This document shows, piece by piece, positions 25,523 to 28,472 of a DNA stretch of 28,472 bases. The notes under the pieces were generated by a model. The model saw only the letters and a list, made by a program, of their open reading frames with translations. It was not told the origin of the DNA and made no database searches. Source of the DNA: Candidatus Velthaea sp. (lineage in GTDB: Bacteria > Vulcanimicrobiota > Vulcanimicrobiia > Vulcanimicrobiales > Vulcanimicrobiaceae); NCBI GenBank assembly GCA_965214935.1, contig CBDCCS010000008.1, positions 1-28,472 of the forward strand. The letters are read 5' to 3'. Position numbers and translations under genes: made by a program. Within the stretch, counting starts at the first letter, position 1. Each line of letters opens with the position of its first letter.

Positions 25523-26560
25523 TCAGGCCGGCAGCTTGGCCATGACGCCTAAACCCGGACCGTCCGGTAACACGATCTTGCCGCCATCGTAACGAATGCC
25601 GCTAAATGGATCGTCGGCGGTAAGGAACGGTCCGTCAAGGTCGGCCCAATCGGCGAGCGGACTCAAGTGCGCGGCGGCCGTCGTCAAGATCTGCGACTCC
25701 ACCATGCAGCCCAGCATGATTTTGAGTCCCAGTGCGCGCGCGGTATGAATCATCGCGAGCGCCGCGCGAAGACCGCCGCATTTAACCAGCTTGACGTTGA
25801 CGCCGTCGACGCACCCGGCAAGCGCCGACAAGTCCGTAGCATCGCGCGAATCTTCGTCCGTCACGATTGCTATTTTCGAGCGCTCGCGAATCCAGCGCAA
25901 GCGCTCGGGGCTTCCGGCCGGAATCGGCTGTTCGCAGAATTCAATGTCGAAGCGGGCGAGTTCGGCCAGCAGCGTCACGCTTTGTTCGGGCGTCCAGCCT
26001 TCGTTTGCGTCGATGCGAATGGCGCCGGAATAAATCGCGCGAATCGCGCCGACCGTCTCAATTTCGCTGCCGCGTCCGAGCTTTATCTTCAAGATAGGAT
26101 GCGCGCCGACGGCGCGGACTTTGTCGAGCGTCTCGGCGATCGGCGCAATGCCCAGCGTGAACGAGGTCTGCGGTGTTTTTGCCGGATCCAGACCAAAGAG
26201 ACGGTAGAGCGGCCGGTTGAGATCTTTGCCGATCAAATCGTGCAACGCGATATCGAGACCACAACGCGCCGCCGGCGCCAGCCCCGCGAGTTGCGCGTCG
26301 AGCTGGTAGGGATCGGCATGCAGCCGCTGCATGCGAAGCGCCGCCGTGACGCTCTCGACCGACTCGGCATAACGTTCGACCGGAGAAGATTCGCCGATGC
26401 CTTCGCGCTCGTTCCAGCGCACGCGTACGACGACGCTGCGTGCAACGCGTTCGGATCCGCGAGCGATCGTAAACTCATGCACGAGCGGCAATTCGAGCGA
26501 CTCGGTGGTGAGATCGATCGTCGGCATGTCGGCGGCTTCGGCGCCGAGTGCGCGCGTCAT
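25523..26560 (-). CDS. L-Ala-D/L-Glu dipeptide epimerase family (enolase superfamily; DgcA-like)
   Basis: FTIARG, KIKLG, RIDANEGW, EQP, DE, NVKLVKCGG, GCMVES and DLDG motifs. Start is ATG 26560 or 26527. Confidence 0.92.
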   Translation of the reverse strand: MTRALGAEAADMPTIDLTTESLELPLVHEFTIARGSERVARSVVVRVRWNEREGIGESSPVERYAESVESVTAALRMQRLHADPYQLDAQLAGLAPAARCGLDIALHDLIGKDLNRPLYRLFGLDPAKTPQTSFTLGIAPIAETLDKVRAVGAHPILKIKLGRGSEIETVGAIRAIYSGAIRIDANEGWTPEQSVTLLAELARFDIEFCEQPIPAGSPERLRWIRERSKIAIVTDEDSRDATDLSALAGCVDGVNVKLVKCGGLRAALAMIHTARALGLKIMLGCMVESQILTTAAAHLSPLADWADLDGPFLTADDPFSGIRYDGGKIVLPDGPGLGVMAKLPA

Positions 26561-26599
26561 GCCGGCGGCGTTCGCAACCGGCCGTTTCGTCCGACATAC

Positions 26600-26625
26600 G
26601 GGACTTCGCTTAGGCAAAGCCGTAG
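26600..26625 (+). promoter_or_regulatory. Putative alternative-sigma promoter GGAC-N16-CGTAG, 9 nt before the ATG
   Basis: Same geometry as 10277-10301. No SD before ATG 26635. Confidence 0.45.
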
Positions 26626-26634
26626 CCGAAGCGC

Positions 26635-27357
26635 ATGGCAAAATTAGACGGGCGCGTAGCGCTCATTACCGGTGCGAGCGCCGGCATCGGCGCTGCGGTC
26701 GCGCGTTCACTCGCCGCCGAAGGCGCTCATTTAGTCCTTACCGCACGGCGCGAGGAGCGTTTAACTGCGCTCGTACAAGAGACCGGCGCCCAAGCGTTGA
26801 TCGTAACGGGTGATGCGCGCGAGGAAGCGACCGCACAGCGCGTTGTCGACGGTGCGATCGAGCGCTTCGGCCAGATCGATATTCTCATCAACAACACCGG
26901 CATCGGTAACTACAAAGATCTCGTTGACACGAGCGCGGCTGATTACGATGAAATGTTTTTGACCAACGTGCGCTCGACGTTTCTGTTCACCCGGTATGTT
27001 GCACCGCATATGATTGCGAAAAAGTCGGGCACGATTCTCATGATTTCGTCGATGGCGGGCATTTACGGCTTCCCCGGCGAGGCCGTCTATTGTGCGACGA
27101 AATTTGCTCAAGTCGGTTTCGGCCAGGCGCTCGATAAGGAGTTGCGTCCGCACGGCATTAAGGTCGGCTCGATTTGTCCGGGCGGCGTGAAGACCGAGTT
27201 TGCGCTCGGTAAGGGGCGTACGCAAGACGGCGTCGATGCTTCGACGATGCTCGAACCGCAAGACGTTGCCGCCGCGGTGTTGCTGGCCTGCACGCAATCG
27301 GCCGGTTCGCGCATCATCGACATTCAGATGCGCACGATGTCCGAAGCGCTGGCATAA
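26635..27357 (+). CDS. Short-chain dehydrogenase/reductase (probably NADP-dependent)
   Basis: TGASAGIG, ARR, NNTG, ISS and catalytic YCATK motifs. Confidence 0.95.
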   Translation: MAKLDGRVALITGASAGIGAAVARSLAAEGAHLVLTARREERLTALVQETGAQALIVTGDAREEATAQRVVDGAIERFGQIDILINNTGIGNYKDLVDTSAADYDEMFLTNVRSTFLFTRYVAPHMIAKKSGTILMISSMAGIYGFPGEAVYCATKFAQVGFGQALDKELRPHGIKVGSICPGGVKTEFALGKGRTQDGVDASTMLEPQDVAAAVLLACTQSAGSRIIDIQMRTMSEALA

Positions 27358-27377
27358 CTCCAAGCGTCTAAGGTTAC

Positions 27378-28472
27378 ATGACGACCGCAGCTTCGCGTTA
27401 TTCAACCTCGATTGTCTGGTTACGGCGTGACCTGCGGCTCGACGATCATGCGGCACTCGATCGGGCGGCACGTTGCAGCGAACGCGTTGTGTGCGCCTTC
27501 GTTCTCGATCCCGAGTTATTGCGCGGTCCGCGCGTCGGCGCGCCGATCGTGCAATTCTTCTTCGATTCACTGCGCGAACTGCGCGCCGATTTGCAAGCGC
27601 GAGGTTCGGACCTCGCGTTGCTCGAGGGCGATTTTGCGGGCGAACTTTTGAGGCTCGCGCGCCGCGTCGACGCACAGGCCGTCTTTTATAATGTTGATTA
27701 CGATCCGGAGATGCGTGCGCGCGACGAACGTATCGTGGGCGCACTGCGCGACGTACACCTCGAGGTTCATGATTCCGTCGATCACGTTTATGCCGCCGCG
27801 GGTGAAATCGTGCAACAAGGCGGCAAGCCGTACACGGTCTACACACCGTACCGGAAGCGTTGGCAAGCTCAGTTCGATGCGCAACCGCACGCACCGTACG
27901 ATTCGGCGGCTGCCGTGCGCGACAAACTTCTTCCGGCCGATGCGCTCGGTGCGACCCGGCCGGTGCCCGAACCCGAAGATTTCGGCCATCGGTCGTCGTC
28001 AGCTTTTCCGGCCGGTGGTACGGCGGCAGCGCAGCGCTTGCTCGACGCGTTCGTTGCGGGTGAAGCCGACGGCTATCTCGATCGGCGCAACGTGCCGGCG
28101 ATCGACGGAACCTCGCATCTCTCGCCGCATCTGCGCGCCGGCACGATCGGCATTCGCACGTGCGTCGATGCGGCGCGACGTGCGCGGATGCAGCGGCCGG
28201 CCAAGGCCGCCGCAAATATCGACGGCTGGATCGGCGAACTTGTCTGGCGCGATTTTTACCAAGGACTGCTCATGCAGTTTCCGCGGATCGCCGCTGAGCC
28301 GTTTATCGAGGCCGGCAAAGCGGTCAAGTACGTGCAAGATGCCGCCGGACTCACGGCCTGGCAGACCGGGGCGACCGGCTACCCGATCGTCGATGCAGCG
28401 ATGACGCAACTCAACACGACGGGTTGGATGCACAATCGTCTGCGCATGATCGTCGCCTCATTTCTCACCAAG
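27378..28472 (+). CDS. phrB: Deoxyribodipyrimidine photolyase (class I/III CPD type), 3' truncated by window end
   Basis: Not in the ORF track because the 3' end is open. ATG 27378 reads MTTAASRYSTSIVWLRRDLRLDDHAAL...GTSHLSPHLRAG...ELVWRDFY...TGYPIVDAAMTQLNTTGWMHNRLRMIVASFLTK. Confidence 0.95.
   Translation, partial: MTTAASRYSTSIVWLRRDLRLDDHAALDRAARCSERVVCAFVLDPELLRGPRVGAPIVQFFFDSLRELRADLQARGSDLALLEGDFAGELLRLARRVDAQAVFYNVDYDPEMRARDERIVGALRDVHLEVHDSVDHVYAAAGEIVQQGGKPYTVYTPYRKRWQAQFDAQPHAPYDSAAAVRDKLLPADALGATRPVPEPEDFGHRSSSAFPAGGTAAAQRLLDAFVAGEADGYLDRRNVPAIDGTSHLSPHLRAGTIGIRTCVDAARRARMQRPAKAAANIDGWIGELVWRDFYQGLLMQFPRIAAEPFIEAGKAVKYVQDAAGLTAWQTGATGYPIVDAAMTQLNTTGWMHNRLRMIVASFLTK

Noticed and set aside
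22868..26647. + strand ORFs 22868-23833 and 25667-26647
   Set aside because: Antisense shadows of the ABC binding protein and the epimerase.
26761..28433. Long ORFs 26761-28215(-) and 27691-28404(+)
   Set aside because: Shadows of the SDR and of the photolyase, which is in another frame and open at the window end.

Overview
GC-rich bacterial chromosomal window. Gene content suggests a diderm Terrabacteria lineage, possibly Eremiobacterota/Vulcanimicrobiota; this is inference only. (1) 1-7.7 kb, + strand: 3' part of hisS, accB, an ADP-heptose pathway (gmhA, gmhB, split hldE), an LpxB-like glycosyltransferase, one GT2 and two GT9 enzymes. (2) 7.75-15.4 kb: an accessory block interrupting that LPS cluster. 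It holds a solo NfeD-C/flotillin/coiled-coil operon, a small hydrophilic protein, a secreted S9 peptidase, a minus-strand polymorphic toxin (non-LXG N-terminus, YeeF-type nuclease tip) with a YezG/DUF600-like immunity gene, a stem-rich non-coding stretch and an unannotated pseudogene. (3) 15.4-20.4 kb: csaA, GT2, GT9 (non-canonical start), GT2 and non-discriminating aspS. (4) 20.4-26.6 kb: a tightly packed minus-strand operon of dipeptide epimerase/DgcA-like, DUF1611/DgcN-like, peptide ABC binding lipoprotein, C39-like peptidase, trmL, family-5 UDG and a small ORF. (5) An SDR and a CPD photolyase that runs off the window end and is absent from the ORF track. The strongest candidates for novelty are the toxin-immunity pair, a recurring sigma-H-like near-leaderless promoter motif and the D-Glu/peptidoglycan-peptide operon. 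All family assignments come from motif recognition by eye, with no database searches.
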